A DNA stretch of 64,000 bases from Candidatus Kaiserbacteria bacterium (GCA_027083345.1 JALWOZ010000008.1:5006-69005); one strand, 5' to 3'. Shown: positions 18,642 to 28,857, counted from the first letter of the stretch. A program made the numbers and translations. The notes: a model not told the origin generated them from the letters alone.

Positions 18642-20789
18642 TTATTGAGTACTTTCCAGTTTCTTTGTAGTAGTGGCTTCAGTGGATTTAATCTCAGCCT
18701 TTGATGTAGATTTACCTATCCTAGCCTTTAAAGAGTCCACTAATTTCCTTACATCTTTATTGTCAGGATTCAACACTACAACTCTTTGCATCACAACCAA
18801 CGCTTCTTGAAGTCTCCCCTCTTGAATCAAAGCTAAAGATAGATAATACAAAGCATTGGCATTATTTTGATCTATCTGTACAACAGCACCTAAAGCCCTT
18901 ATGGCTGTTTTAGCGTCCTGCTCAGAGAGTTTTAAAAGTCCGTATTGATAAAGTGCAGGTTCGTAATTAGGTTTCAGTCGTAGAGAAGCCTCGAGTGCTT
19001 TAGTCATTTGTTCTTTATCACCCAGTACTCCGTTTACCCTAGCAATGGCAAGAGGTATAAACGGATTCTTAGGGTCAAGCTCTAGAGCTTTAGTATAAGC
19101 AGCTAATGCACTCTCTCCGGCACCCCGTATCTTAAGTGCCATTAGTTGCTCACTAATATCACCTAATATCATATAATTTGTTGGATTTGTTGGATCTTTC
19201 TCTATGGCTAATTTTGCATGAGTTAAAACATTAGACAAAGCACCTTGCAAAGTCTTTTGATCTATTTTACTATCCTTCTTATTTTTGTCAGCCTTTAAAA
19301 GAGTAGCTAATTTTGTTATTGCTACTCTGGTATATCCCCTTTCTACCTCTGCTGAATTAGCTAAGCCTCTTACTTTGTCTAATAATTGTTCTGCCTTATC
19401 AACCTTACCATTTAGCGCAGATGTTGACGCTTGTGATATAAATAAATCTACAACTGCTCTGTGCCCCACCACCGCTAACGACCCCACACTAGCCACACCT
19501 ACTACAGGCAAGAGTATGAATACTAATAATCTATTCTTACCTTCTCCTCTTAATTTATAATTAATAACCTTAACCGTACGAGCTCTTGTTAAATCTGACA
19601 CAAATAATCCAGTTACAACAAACCCTATTAAAAATACCAAAGTACCCACAGGGTTAAAGATCATAAATACCCAAACAAATAACGTAGGTAATGCAAAAAC
19701 AGAATTTCTATTACGCAATACAGCTAATAACAGTACCAATAAAAACACCAACCACCCAACTAATACTACTATACCCCCAGTTATGACACTTGTAGGCACC
19801 AATCCTACTGCGCTATTAAAATTAGCTCCCCAAAAACGAGTAATGTTTACAGTTGTAGGTTTATAGACTCTCCATAAGTTGTTAAAAGATCCAGACCCTT
19901 GACCAAATAACTTTGTGGTTATATCTGACGTACCTATAGACCCTTTTGCAACAGTTAAAGTCCCTTGCCAGTTAGGTCGCACATCAACAAAAGACACCTT
20001 AGACCAACCCTGCAAAGTATTACTTACTCGTGCATTTATTAATGTATTATCTACAATAAATAATCCTGATAATACCAACACTACCAAGGGTAAGAATGTG
20101 AGACTGTTTTTGAAGTTAAATGCAAATACAAAATGGCCCTCGTCGTTTTTATGTACCATTACTTGCCATAGTTTAAATATTGAGAATAAAAACAGAACTA
20201 CAAATATATTATTAATATTTGTAAAGACACCCATAAAGATAAGCGTAAAAACAACAATTGTTATATATAACGAATGCTTCAACTTACCCTTATCCACCAA
20301 TTGCTTATTCACACTAAGTATCATCACCACCATCAAACCTATCATAGAAGCTACATCTATCCACGTTCTAACCGGCATAAATGGTGCCAACCAAGATACT
20401 ATACTCAAAGACAACACATTTAATAAAATCTGCAATATAAATAATACAAAGACAAACACAGATACCCCCATCACAAACTTCTTTATTTTGTCTGCAGTTG
20501 CCTTCTTAACACTTAATAAAACTGTTAATGACAAAGACAAAAAGCCTAATGTGGTTACAATTAATGAATCTGTATTAAAACCATAACCTAAGACTGCTGT
20601 ATTTTTATCTACTGCAAAAATAGCTGACAACAAATAAGCCACTGGCAACAATGCTGATGTAAACAATATAGAGGAGCTAGGTATCATTAAATTGCCTCTA
20701 CGTAGACTCTTTACTAACACAATAAGCAATGGCAAAGTTACTATTGTTGTAACTACTACTATTTTAATTATTATTGATATTAGTTCCAT
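18642..20789 (-). CDS. Polytopic membrane protein with C-terminal TPR repeats (O-antigen-ligase-like architecture)
   Basis: About 12 hydrophobic segments, loop FGQGSGSF, TPR motifs (ALELDPKNP, SLRLKPNY, VLNPDN). Confidence 0.7.
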   Translation of the reverse strand: MELISIIIKIVVVTTIVTLPLLIVLVKSLRRGNLMIPSSSILFTSALLPVAYLLSAIFAVDKNTAVLGYGFNTDSLIVTTLGFLSLSLTVLLSVKKATADKIKKFVMGVSVFVFVLFILQILLNVLSLSIVSWLAPFMPVRTWIDVASMIGLMVVMILSVNKQLVDKGKLKHSLYITIVVFTLIFMGVFTNINNIFVVLFLFSIFKLWQVMVHKNDEGHFVFAFNFKNSLTFLPLVVLVLSGLFIVDNTLINARVSNTLQGWSKVSFVDVRPNWQGTLTVAKGSIGTSDITTKLFGQGSGSFNNLWRVYKPTTVNITRFWGANFNSAVGLVPTSVITGGIVVLVGWLVFLLVLLLAVLRNRNSVFALPTLFVWVFMIFNPVGTLVFLIGFVVTGLFVSDLTRARTVKVINYKLRGEGKNRLLVFILLPVVGVASVGSLAVVGHRAVVDLFISQASTSALNGKVDKAEQLLDKVRGLANSAEVERGYTRVAITKLATLLKADKNKKDSKIDQKTLQGALSNVLTHAKLAIEKDPTNPTNYMILGDISEQLMALKIRGAGESALAAYTKALELDPKNPFIPLAIARVNGVLGDKEQMTKALEASLRLKPNYEPALYQYGLLKLSEQDAKTAIRALGAVVQIDQNNANALYYLSLALIQEGRLQEALVVMQRVVVLNPDNKDVRKLVDSLKARIGKSTSKAEIKSTEATTTKKLESTQ

Positions 20790-20816
20790 ATTGTTTTTAT
20801 TTATTATTTAATAAAG

Positions 20817-21368
20817 TTATTTAGCTAAGAAAGAGCTCATGACCAACTCTTTATTAGCATTACTTATAGGCTCATCTGTTTTTAAGCTAAACTCTTTATC
20901 ACCGTTATCTTTATACAACACTACTACATAATTCTTATTATGCTCTGTACCCCTCAACAAATACACCTTAACATTCTCACTCTTCCCGGGATCCACTCTG
21001 GTAGCTCCTAAAGCATTGGCTATGACTCCACCATTAAGCTCATGTACCACAACCCACCCACTGTCATACTTAGAATCTAGATCTACTGATTTAACTAGCA
21101 CTGAGTCTCCTGCACCTTGAGAAGCAACGACTACAGCGTCTGACTGAACACTTAAAGGGCTGATAGTAGTAGCACTATCATTACCTACACTTACATTATG
21201 TTGCGGAGTTAAATCTGCCTCTAAGCTACTCTTAGTTACAGATTCTAGAGCCTCCTCGTCTTTAGTATCACTAAAAAAATGACTCCAACTATACAAACCC
21301 ACTATACCAACAAAAAAACCTAGCACAAAAAATATAATTTGTTTCAAGTTTATAGTATTCATAGACAT
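20817..21368 (-). CDS. Hypothetical membrane-anchored protein
   Basis: N-terminal TM; beta-rich domain GWVVVHE..LGA..LYKDNGD. Confidence 0.7.
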   Translation of the reverse strand: MSMNTINLKQIIFFVLGFFVGIVGLYSWSHFFSDTKDEEALESVTKSSLEADLTPQHNVSVGNDSATTISPLSVQSDAVVVASQGAGDSVLVKSVDLDSKYDSGWVVVHELNGGVIANALGATRVDPGKSENVKVYLLRGTEHNKNYVVVLYKDNGDKEFSLKTDEPISNANKELVMSSFLAK

Positions 21369-21405
21369 TACATTATATTAATTAAATTAGATGCCTATTT
21401 TATCA

Positions 21406-22242
21406 TTAAACTCTGGTTAGTGCATCTAATTGTATCAACACTTTATCCACTTTATCAGCACTGACTCCAGCATCTAAAAGAACATTCCTATCGCCTACAA
21501 CATCTCTACATAACACCTTATTCATCTCTAGTAAATTACGCTTCTCTCTATTTGTTAGAGTAGTCAACATAGTTATAGGGTGGAGCTTGGCTTCTTCAAT
21601 CAGAACTTCTAAACCTTTATTACGTGGATAATCCCAACCCAATAACTTTATAGTACCTACACAACGTGCATATTTTATTACATTATGGGTAAAACGAGTA
21701 TTGGTAACTAACCAACCTTGCACCACCTTATTGCCACCTCTAGCCCTAGCCAAATCATCAAAACGAGACTTAATATATAATATCACTTTTAGATCAGATT
21801 TAGTACCTAAAGAATTATGAAATTTAACCTCCATGCCAAATCTCTTACCCTTTAAAATACCCGTAACATCTATCTCATGAGAGACACACGCCCCTTGCAT
21901 AACTACCCCTGTTTCTACATCCTCAGCTCCTTGTGACTCCATAACTCCTGCTATAAATTGCTCAAAGGGGAAGCCACTAGGACCCAACTCGAGTATCGCT
22001 CTTTTAATAGAATATCGGGCAGCCACCTCCGGATGCTCATGTTCATATTGTCGTAAGGTGTTAAAGGCATGCTTATATATCTCTTGGGTTGTCATCCCCT
22101 CTTTTAACTCATGTTGTATATGTTGAGCCACCTTTTCTATTATCTCATTATTAGAACCGGAACGTTTAAGAGAACGTTTTAATTTAGCCACATCAAAGAA
22201 TTCCTTCTCCCCGTCTGCTTTTTTTATTAAAATCTTAGGCAT
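21406..22242 (-). CDS. ATP-cone plus PD-(D/E)xK restriction-endonuclease-like protein
   Basis: IKKADGEKEFFD..KL..SL (ATP cone); GFPFEQF, HEIDV, MEVKFH. Confidence 0.85.
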   Translation of the reverse strand: MPKILIKKADGEKEFFDVAKLKRSLKRSGSNNEIIEKVAQHIQHELKEGMTTQEIYKHAFNTLRQYEHEHPEVAARYSIKRAILELGPSGFPFEQFIAGVMESQGAEDVETGVVMQGACVSHEIDVTGILKGKRFGMEVKFHNSLGTKSDLKVILYIKSRFDDLARARGGNKVVQGWLVTNTRFTHNVIKYARCVGTIKLLGWDYPRNKGLEVLIEEAKLHPITMLTTLTNREKRNLLEMNKVLCRDVVGDRNVLLDAGVSADKVDKVLIQLDALTRV

Positions 22243-22243
22243 C

Positions 22244-22660
22244 TTATTTAACTATTATATCTCTATTATCTCCATTTATCTTAACCTTTATAGGTGTATG
22301 CTCATCCCCATCAAATTGTATAAAAAATGTCTCAGACACACTCTTATCCACATCACCACCTTCACAAACATAAGGCTTATCAACTGTAAACTCTAATAAT
22401 TGTTCTCCATTTATCTCGTTGTTATCTAGAAACAATTGACTACAGGAGTTAGGCAACAAAATACTACCCGTTAGGGAGACCTTGCCATTACTAACCTCTC
22501 TATAGGCTATTATAGGTTCGGTGCCACCATCCGACAATAAAATACCTCCAGCTATAAATAAATACGCAACACCACCAATAATCAACATTATTATAACAAC
22601 CCATACTAAATATAAGAGCGTCCCTAAAATATTGTCTTGCATACTATGTTTCTCTAACAT
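22244..22660 (-). CDS. Hypothetical membrane-anchored protein
   Basis: TM helix, LPNSC..C small extracellular domain. Confidence 0.65.
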   Translation of the reverse strand: MLEKHSMQDNILGTLLYLVWVVIIMLIIGGVAYLFIAGGILLSDGGTEPIIAYREVSNGKVSLTGSILLPNSCSQLFLDNNEINGEQLLEFTVDKPYVCEGGDVDKSVSETFFIQFDGDEHTPIKVKINGDNRDIIVK

Positions 22661-22734
22661 CTGCCTAATGATACTACTATATTGTAGTATTGGCTAAGAG
22701 CATTTCCACAACACCACAGTATAAAGAATAAATC

Positions 22735-23811
22735 TTACAAATAGTACATCTCTCCACCACCTAAACACTCAGCACCATCATAAACCGCTAAAAACTGACC
22801 TTGTGCAAGAGCGTAAGGAGTATCTATAAAATTAACTGTATCCGCCTGTAAAGAACATCTATATAAGTCTCCTCTATGCCTAATCCTACACTCATACACT
22901 CTGCCTACTATAGGGGGCTCATTTATCCAATTAGTATTAATAAGCTTTATAGTCTTTATACTTTTCTGCCACGAATCAAACTCTTCTTTATTACCTACTG
23001 TTATAGTATTAGCCTCAACATCTCTTTTAATAACAAACAACCTAGACATATTAGATGTCTGATATTTAGGCAAAATAGTAAAACCATGTCTCTCTCCTAT
23101 TGTAGAGAGTTTACTACCTTTATGACTACCGATCACCTCTCCTTTTGTATTTAGTACATCTCCACTCTCTTGTTTAATATATTTCTTTAAAAAATCTTTT
23201 ACTTCTATCTCATAGCCTATAAAACATATACCTTGCGAATCTTTCTTGTCAGCATTATGTAACCCTATCTCTCCAGCCAACTTCCTAATCTCACCTTTTT
23301 GATACTCTCCCACCGGGAAGAGTGTACGACTCAAAACACTTTTAGATACTTGGGATAAAAAATAGCTTTGATCTTTATTATTGTCTACACTTTTAAAAAG
23401 CTTCGTATTGCCATTATGTGTAGAGACTCGCGCATAATGGCCGGTTGCCAAAAAATCCGCCCCCATGCCAAAAACCTTCTCAGCAAACACACCAAACTTA
23501 ATCTCCTTATTGCAAATAATATCAGGATTTGGAGTATTGCCCATATTATATTCTCTAATCATATAATCAAAAACCCTTTGTTTATACTCCTCTTCTAAAT
23601 CTAATACTTTAAATGGGACGTCTAATTGTTTACACACCTTTTGAGCAGACAATCCCTGCTCTCGACAATACTCTCTATTACCATCAGGTTTATATGTTTT
23701 AAAATATACTCCAGTTACATCGTACCCTCGCTCTTTTAAAAGAGCGAGGGCCATAGAGCTGTCTACACCACCACTAAGGGCGACAAATACTTTTTCATCT
23801 TTATTAATCAC
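22735..23811 (-). CDS. mnmA: tRNA 2-thiouridylase MnmA
   Basis: ALSGGVDSS, TPNPDIICN, ATGHYAR, KDQSYFL, DSQGICF. Confidence 0.97.
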   Translation of the reverse strand: MINKDEKVFVALSGGVDSSMALALLKERGYDVTGVYFKTYKPDGNREYCREQGLSAQKVCKQLDVPFKVLDLEEEYKQRVFDYMIREYNMGNTPNPDIICNKEIKFGVFAEKVFGMGADFLATGHYARVSTHNGNTKLFKSVDNNKDQSYFLSQVSKSVLSRTLFPVGEYQKGEIRKLAGEIGLHNADKKDSQGICFIGYEIEVKDFLKKYIKQESGDVLNTKGEVIGSHKGSKLSTIGERHGFTILPKYQTSNMSRLFVIKRDVEANTITVGNKEEFDSWQKSIKTIKLINTNWINEPPIVGRVYECRIRHRGDLYRCSLQADTVNFIDTPYALAQGQFLAVYDGAECLGGGEMYYL

Positions 23812-23850
23812 TTTATTACTCTACATCAAGCCTATACACCTTTCAACCTG

Positions 23851-25152
23851 TTAAGGTGTTGGTAATATCTCAATAGTAAAGTCTTTTGCATTTTTAGGGA
23901 AAGTCTTACGCCAAAATGGTCTTATAATAGCCTCTGCTTTGTCTATAGTTGGATAACCCGTAAGTATGGTCAATAAGGCATCCTTTTGCTTGCCTGCCAA
24001 GTCTTTTATAAGATTTTGTTTATCAAACATCCACACAAAGTCTGCGTCTCCGTTCACAATCAATTTAACACTATCAGCATCAGAGTCGTCTGTCGTCTTT
24101 TGTACTATCTCCACACTCAACTTGCTTGGGTCTTTAATTGTTGGGTAACCTTTGTCTGGATTACCGGCAACACTGGCAGACAAAACCCTAGCCAACTCAA
24201 CTTTGTCAAATACAATAACCTTAACTTTAGCATTCTCTACTATTTGGACCTTACCTCCTATCTCACTCTCACTTGTGTCTGCAAATTCTATATATACTCC
24301 ACTGTCAAAATATCTCGTGTCTTCCGGTATTCTATTTTTAATCTCAGTTAATACCTCCTTTTTTATCTTATTCCTTAAAGTTGCACTAGCAGAACTCTTA
24401 CTCTCTTGACTCACAACCGCTCGCTCCCCATCGAAGCCTCCGGTAATTGGAGATTTAACTTTAGCATATATATTAGTATACATATCCGGGAGACTCTTGA
24501 GTCCGGGTAGAGTTAAGCTACCACTTTGTATGTTATACGACTCTCCTGCCTCGTCTGCATATACGCGCACATCTAATGTACCCGGAGCACCAGATGTCTT
24601 GCCTGGTACTACTATAGACTCTCTCACCCTATACACATGACCATCACTTGTCTCAAAACGAGTATTCTTAATTAATCGTTGCTTATTCTTAGTAAAATTA
24701 TTATACACAGTAATTACACCAGAGGCTTTCTCTTTAACCTGCTCACGACCAGTAGGTTCTAAATCAACCTTATCTGTTGAATCCCATTCTACTACAGAAT
24801 AATTAAGGGTGTTGAGGCCATCATTTGTATCAGATTGAGAATTCTTTAAAAATGCATTAAATATGGCATCGTTAAATGTAGCCTTAGTTACAACAGGTTT
24901 AATTCTAATAGTTGTATCTGAAAAGATTGTAGGTATAGACACCACAAGAGCCAGTATAAATAATATACCAATTAACAGAAACCAAAACAGTCCCGACTTT
25001 TTACGCTTCTTACTCTCACCATGCTTAAGTGCGTTAGTATTAGAGTTATTTACTCTGGGCATCCTACGCTTGTATCCATCTCCATTACCACGACTGGCTC
25101 TATCTATTTGTAAATCTCTAATTGAAGCTCTTTTGTTTTTGGGTTCGTCCAT
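23851..25152 (-). CDS. Single-TM protein with large extracellular domain (CPR 'baseplate J-like' type)
   Basis: KASGVITVYN..TRF..G..YR..V.VPG..VYADEAGESYNI..ITGG..RPFW pattern. Confidence 0.65.
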   Translation of the reverse strand: MDEPKNKRASIRDLQIDRASRGNGDGYKRRMPRVNNSNTNALKHGESKKRKKSGLFWFLLIGILFILALVVSIPTIFSDTTIRIKPVVTKATFNDAIFNAFLKNSQSDTNDGLNTLNYSVVEWDSTDKVDLEPTGREQVKEKASGVITVYNNFTKNKQRLIKNTRFETSDGHVYRVRESIVVPGKTSGAPGTLDVRVYADEAGESYNIQSGSLTLPGLKSLPDMYTNIYAKVKSPITGGFDGERAVVSQESKSSASATLRNKIKKEVLTEIKNRIPEDTRYFDSGVYIEFADTSESEIGGKVQIVENAKVKVIVFDKVELARVLSASVAGNPDKGYPTIKDPSKLSVEIVQKTTDDSDADSVKLIVNGDADFVWMFDKQNLIKDLAGKQKDALLTILTGYPTIDKAEAIIRPFWRKTFPKNAKDFTIEILPTP

Positions 25153-25157
25153 GTTAT

Positions 25158-25877
25158 CTATAGTATAGCATTAGTAATAGCTTGCAAATCTCCTGCTGTG
25201 TATATCTCTCTATATAATATTGGGTCATCCAACTCTACTACTAGCTCTTTATAAGTATATGTTATGTCTCTATTAAAAGTCTTATCCAAAACTCCAACTA
25301 ACCCTTGCCAAAACTCAGACACTATCAACTCCTTCACTATCTCTATATTTATAGTCTTAGCCCACCTATTTAATACTTTGGGGGTGAGGTATCCATTAAG
25401 CTTAATCTGAGACACCTTCTCTGAGAAGATTGCATACCTTTTGGGTATAGAGTCTATATCATCTGACAACTTCTCTCCCTTTTTAACCGCATCAGACAAT
25501 ATCTTGGTAGTTATTTTAATCTTATCTTTTAAATCTAAAAAATACTCCGCTCTAGAGGCTTTAGCCAGAGGATCGTTTATAAAACAAATAGCTCTCGCTC
25601 CACCAATGTTAAAGTCTACATGCTTTAGCTCCTCAGCAACAATTAAAGTATGAGACATATCCTCTACTCTCTTGGCAAGATCGTTAAAAGATCTTTTCTT
25701 CATCCCTTTATCTGTTAAATTCGGTACACGTTTTTTATAAACAATCTCTGCCATTGTATCAGCTACATCATTAAAATTTGTATATCTAATAGCCCCAACT
25801 TCTAAAAAGTCCTCATTAATTTGGAAGATAATGGAATCTTTCGTATTTGTAGATTTTAACTTTAAATCAATATGCAT
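25158..25877 (-). CDS. Hypothetical protein co-oriented with the preceding gene
   Basis: 239-aa ORF; IKLNGY motif; own -10 box upstream. Confidence 0.6.
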   Translation of the reverse strand: MHIDLKLKSTNTKDSIIFQINEDFLEVGAIRYTNFNDVADTMAEIVYKKRVPNLTDKGMKKRSFNDLAKRVEDMSHTLIVAEELKHVDFNIGGARAICFINDPLAKASRAEYFLDLKDKIKITTKILSDAVKKGEKLSDDIDSIPKRYAIFSEKVSQIKLNGYLTPKVLNRWAKTINIEIVKELIVSEFWQGLVGVLDKTFNRDITYTYKELVVELDDPILYREIYTAGDLQAITNAIL

Positions 25878-25997
25878 ATTAATTTAAGTATATCAGAATA
25901 ATACAAAATAACTCTGGCGTAAAAATAAGAAATGTGTATAATATCGACACTACAAAAGGCAAGCATGGCTGTGCCCTGCATAGCTCTAACGTAGTAA

Positions 25998-26069
25998 GGT
26001 CCTATAGTATAATGGTTAGTACATCGCCCTCTCACGGCGGAGATCGGGGTTCGACTCCCCGTAGGATCA
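25998..26069 (+). tRNA. tRNA-Glu (anticodon CTC)
   Basis: Acceptor GGTCCTA/TAGGATC, anticodon arm TCGCC-CTCTCAC-GGCGG, T arm GGGG-TTCGACT-CCCC; no encoded CCA. Confidence 0.96.
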
Positions 26070-27756
26070 CATCAAGGGATTTTTGTCCCATATACTCATC
26101 AGATAGCCTGAAAATAGGCGACATTTTTGGTGTTCCATTAAGTATTTCTTGGTATGTTGGTGTTTCTTCAAATACAAGACCAAATAATGCCTGTTGAGTA
26201 CCTAAATCGTCATTATTTATAAGCATTTCTACTGGGTGTTCCATTAGATGTTTTGCATATCGTACAAATGCCTTTATTTTCTTCTCACTAACCTCAATAG
26301 TATTGCGTTGTGTCTCTGCCAATAGTATATCTTTTTCTAGTTGGTCTATTTCTTCCTCTTTCTTTTTTCTAACAACAGCACTCTCTATCATATCAAGTGC
26401 TTGAAGTTTTACCGCTTGTTGACTTTTTAGGTCTGCAACATTTCTATTTATTTGTGATGCTTCTTGCACTATGTCTTTTTCTCGTGCTCTATATCTTTTA
26501 AGGAGTACATACTCTAATGAGTTTGCAAAGTCATCTTCAAACTTCATATTTTCAACAAAGTGCTTTATATTTTTCTCAAACTCTTCTTTTGGTATACGAT
26601 TGTATTTATGTGCTCTCTTGCCAGTTTTATAACCCCCACAGTGGTATGCTGGGTGCTTTTTGCCAAGTTTACCTCTTGAAGCACTTCCCAATAATGGCTT
26701 TTTGCACTCTTGGCATAATAAAAACTTGAATGGATAATCTGGATTATTTTTATTACGTTGCTTCTGCCACGGAGAATAGTCTTTGAGTATTTTTATAGAA
26801 CCATCTTCATTCTCTTGTATAAAAACCTTTCCGTGGTTTGCTTTATTAAATAGTTCAATGGAAACTAAGCCGTCATATTGAGTACGTATAGGCTTATTGT
26901 GTGTCCATCTTTCAGTACGAATGCCAGCATAGATGGTTCTTTGTATGTATCTTTGCAGTTGCTTTACTGTAAGTTTATTCCCACCAACACTTCCGATTAT
27001 ATGCATTTTATCTTTACTCCATCTATTCATCTTAGGTGTTCTGAAACCCATTGCATTTAGTTTCTTAACAATCTCTTTATCTGGGACACCTCGTGCACGC
27101 AACTCAAACATTTTTATAAAATAATGTGCCCTGTCTGGGCTTGGAACTGCAATAAATCTCTTCTTTCCGTTAATAAGTACCTTTTTATTAGCATATCCAT
27201 CGTTTGCTCTGCGTACCGTATAACCGTCTTGTATAGTTCTTATTGAAGCACCAACCATTCTAGTTAAAATACCAGATACGTCATCTTCTGCCCTTTGTGC
27301 CTCCATAAGTTGTGCACTTGCAGTGGCAGAATGCTTACTCCAAGAGTACTCAAATCCTAAATCACCAAGTGTATTTATTTCAGGTTGTATTATTCCATAC
27401 GTGTCTACCAGTTCTACACCCAAACTTCTAAGACTGTCTTTCATACTTTGATAAGTAACAGCACCGTCTCTTGTAATCCTATCTATACTTTTTATTAAAT
27501 AATAGTGTACTTGTATACCTTTTGATTTTAACTCTTTTATGTATGTAAGTATCTGCTTAAAATCCTCTCTTTCTTCTGCACGTCCAGAATATACCTTACT
27601 AAATATATTAAGTGTATTCCATTTTTTTGCATCAGCATAACTTGTACACATCATCTTTTGCTCGTCTAAACCACCACCAGTGAGTTGTTTCTGGGAACTA
27701 ATCCTACAGTCTATTATGCAGTTTTTTTGCTCTTCTGGTTTTTTTAGAGTATTCAT
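26032..27756 (-). CDS. Large serine recombinase (integrase)
   Basis: CRISSQKQ catalytic Ser, KSIDRITR, recombinase domain, Zn ribbon CQEC..HC..H, coiled coil. The last 38 nt overlap the tRNA. Confidence 0.93.
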   Translation of the reverse strand: MNTLKKPEEQKNCIIDCRISSQKQLTGGGLDEQKMMCTSYADAKKWNTLNIFSKVYSGRAEEREDFKQILTYIKELKSKGIQVHYYLIKSIDRITRDGAVTYQSMKDSLRSLGVELVDTYGIIQPEINTLGDLGFEYSWSKHSATASAQLMEAQRAEDDVSGILTRMVGASIRTIQDGYTVRRANDGYANKKVLINGKKRFIAVPSPDRAHYFIKMFELRARGVPDKEIVKKLNAMGFRTPKMNRWSKDKMHIIGSVGGNKLTVKQLQRYIQRTIYAGIRTERWTHNKPIRTQYDGLVSIELFNKANHGKVFIQENEDGSIKILKDYSPWQKQRNKNNPDYPFKFLLCQECKKPLLGSASRGKLGKKHPAYHCGGYKTGKRAHKYNRIPKEEFEKNIKHFVENMKFEDDFANSLEYVLLKRYRAREKDIVQEASQINRNVADLKSQQAVKLQALDMIESAVVRKKKEEEIDQLEKDILLAETQRNTIEVSEKKIKAFVRYAKHLMEHPVEMLINNDDLGTQQALFGLVFEETPTYQEILNGTPKMSPIFRLSDEYMGQKSLDVILRGVEPRSPP

Positions 27757-27758
27757 AT

Positions 27759-27983
27759 TTACATAACTTTATTATACATCTCTTGTACACTTTTTTCTTC
27801 TACAAGCCATCTGTCAAGAAGTATATCTGCCAACTTAGATTGAGTATGGTATAAATCTTTGATTTCATTATCAGACATAGATAATCCCTTTTTACCAAGT
27901 GATTTCTTAAAGCCATTAAACCACTCCTCTGCACCAAGTTGTTTACTATTTAGACTATTGTTTTGTGTTTGTTGAGGTTGCAT
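27759..27983 (-). CDS. Small protein coupled to the recombinase (candidate directionality factor)
   Basis: Stop lies 2 nt from the recombinase ATG; start uncertain (27983 or 27998). Confidence 0.55.
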   Translation of the reverse strand: MQPQQTQNNSLNSKQLGAEEWFNGFKKSLGKKGLSMSDNEIKDLYHTQSKLADILLDRWLVEEKSVQEMYNKVM

Positions 27984-28014
27984 AGTATTTTGCACCACAA
28001 CAACACATCAACAC

Positions 28015-28145
28015 AAAAAAGTGTCCGATAAGACACTCATTAAAACTCCTCTAAAGTTTAGTCAACAAGAGAAGATGAATGCTCATCTTGACTGTTGTTG
28101 CAGTCGTACCCCCGTCCCCAACAGAAGATAAACTGACTAAACTTG
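28015..28145 (-). ncRNA. Structured leader or attenuator upstream of the recombinase operon
   Basis: 11-bp closing stem aagtttagtca/tgactaaactt with two internal hairpins, then hairpin agtgtc/gacact plus U6. Confidence 0.5.
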
Positions 28146-28220
28146 CTATTATTTTGTATCTTTAAGTATACTCAAAATATGAGAAAACACAATACACCGC
28201 TATAAATAAGGGTTATTTGA

Positions 28221-28279
28221 CTGCCATTGGTTAGGCACTGTCTGTCATTGGTATGCCACTGTCAGCCAATGGTTTGTCA
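28221..28279. repeat. Three imperfect 21-bp direct repeats
   Basis: ctgccattggttaggcactgt / ctgtcattggtatgccactgt / cagccaatggtttgtca. Confidence 0.7.
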
Positions 28280-28291
28280 TAATGATTGTGG

Positions 28292-28759
28292 TTACATTGA
28301 AGAAAAAGCACTCATACTCTCTCCTTGTTGTGTTCTATGTCGTACTTGCTCGCCAAAAACATTACAGTTAGGGTCTGTTGGAATAATAGAAGTATTACTT
28401 TCTATCTTTGGCTCAATAGGATTACGGGGTGGTGTGTTTGCAAGTTGCTCTGCCAAACTCTCTATCTGCTCATCTGTTATACTGGAAATATCCAGTATTA
28501 ACTCCTGCTCTGGTCGCTCTGGGTTGAGTATTACAGCCTTTGGTGGCTTTCTGTTCTCCATTCCACTCTCGCCATAACCTAATATCTCAAGTTCCTGTCT
28601 GACTAATGGGCTATTAAAGACCTTGTGTGGCTGACGAACAACTGCATTACTATAACCTGCCTTACGTAGGGCATCTGCCTTACTCTTTCTACCGCCCTCA
28701 ATCCAAAGTTCTATCGCTCGTCTTTGAGGGTAGGATAACTGCTTACCTTTTGTACTCAT
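28292..28759 (-). CDS. HTH protein resembling the N-terminus of a terminase small subunit
   Basis: LSYPQRRAI..SKADALRKAGYS..KVFNSPLVRQEL matches the TerS 'A..AGYS....L..P.V' pattern. Confidence 0.55.
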   Translation of the reverse strand: MSTKGKQLSYPQRRAIELWIEGGRKSKADALRKAGYSNAVVRQPHKVFNSPLVRQELEILGYGESGMENRKPPKAVILNPERPEQELILDISSITDEQIESLAEQLANTPPRNPIEPKIESNTSIIPTDPNCNVFGEQVRHRTQQGESMSAFSSM

Positions 28760-28798
28760 AGTGGTATTTTAGCATAAAAAGGTCTCTCCCGAGTGAGA

Positions 28799-28828
28799 TT
28801 TTGCTACCTTTTGCTACCGTCTACTACC
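28799..28828. repeat. 10-bp phased direct repeats
   Basis: ttttgctacc ttttgctacc gtctactacc. Confidence 0.65.
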
Positions 28829-28857
28829 GACTAAAACGTATGTTTCCTATAATGAAG

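Noticed and set aside
23851-25152. Baseplate-J-like protein as evidence of a prophage or contractile system
   Set aside because: It has a TM anchor, sits among housekeeping genes outside the att-bounded element, and has no tail, sheath or capsid neighbours.
25934-26197. 87-aa ORF
   Set aside because: It overlaps tRNA-Glu and the recombinase 3' end; spurious.
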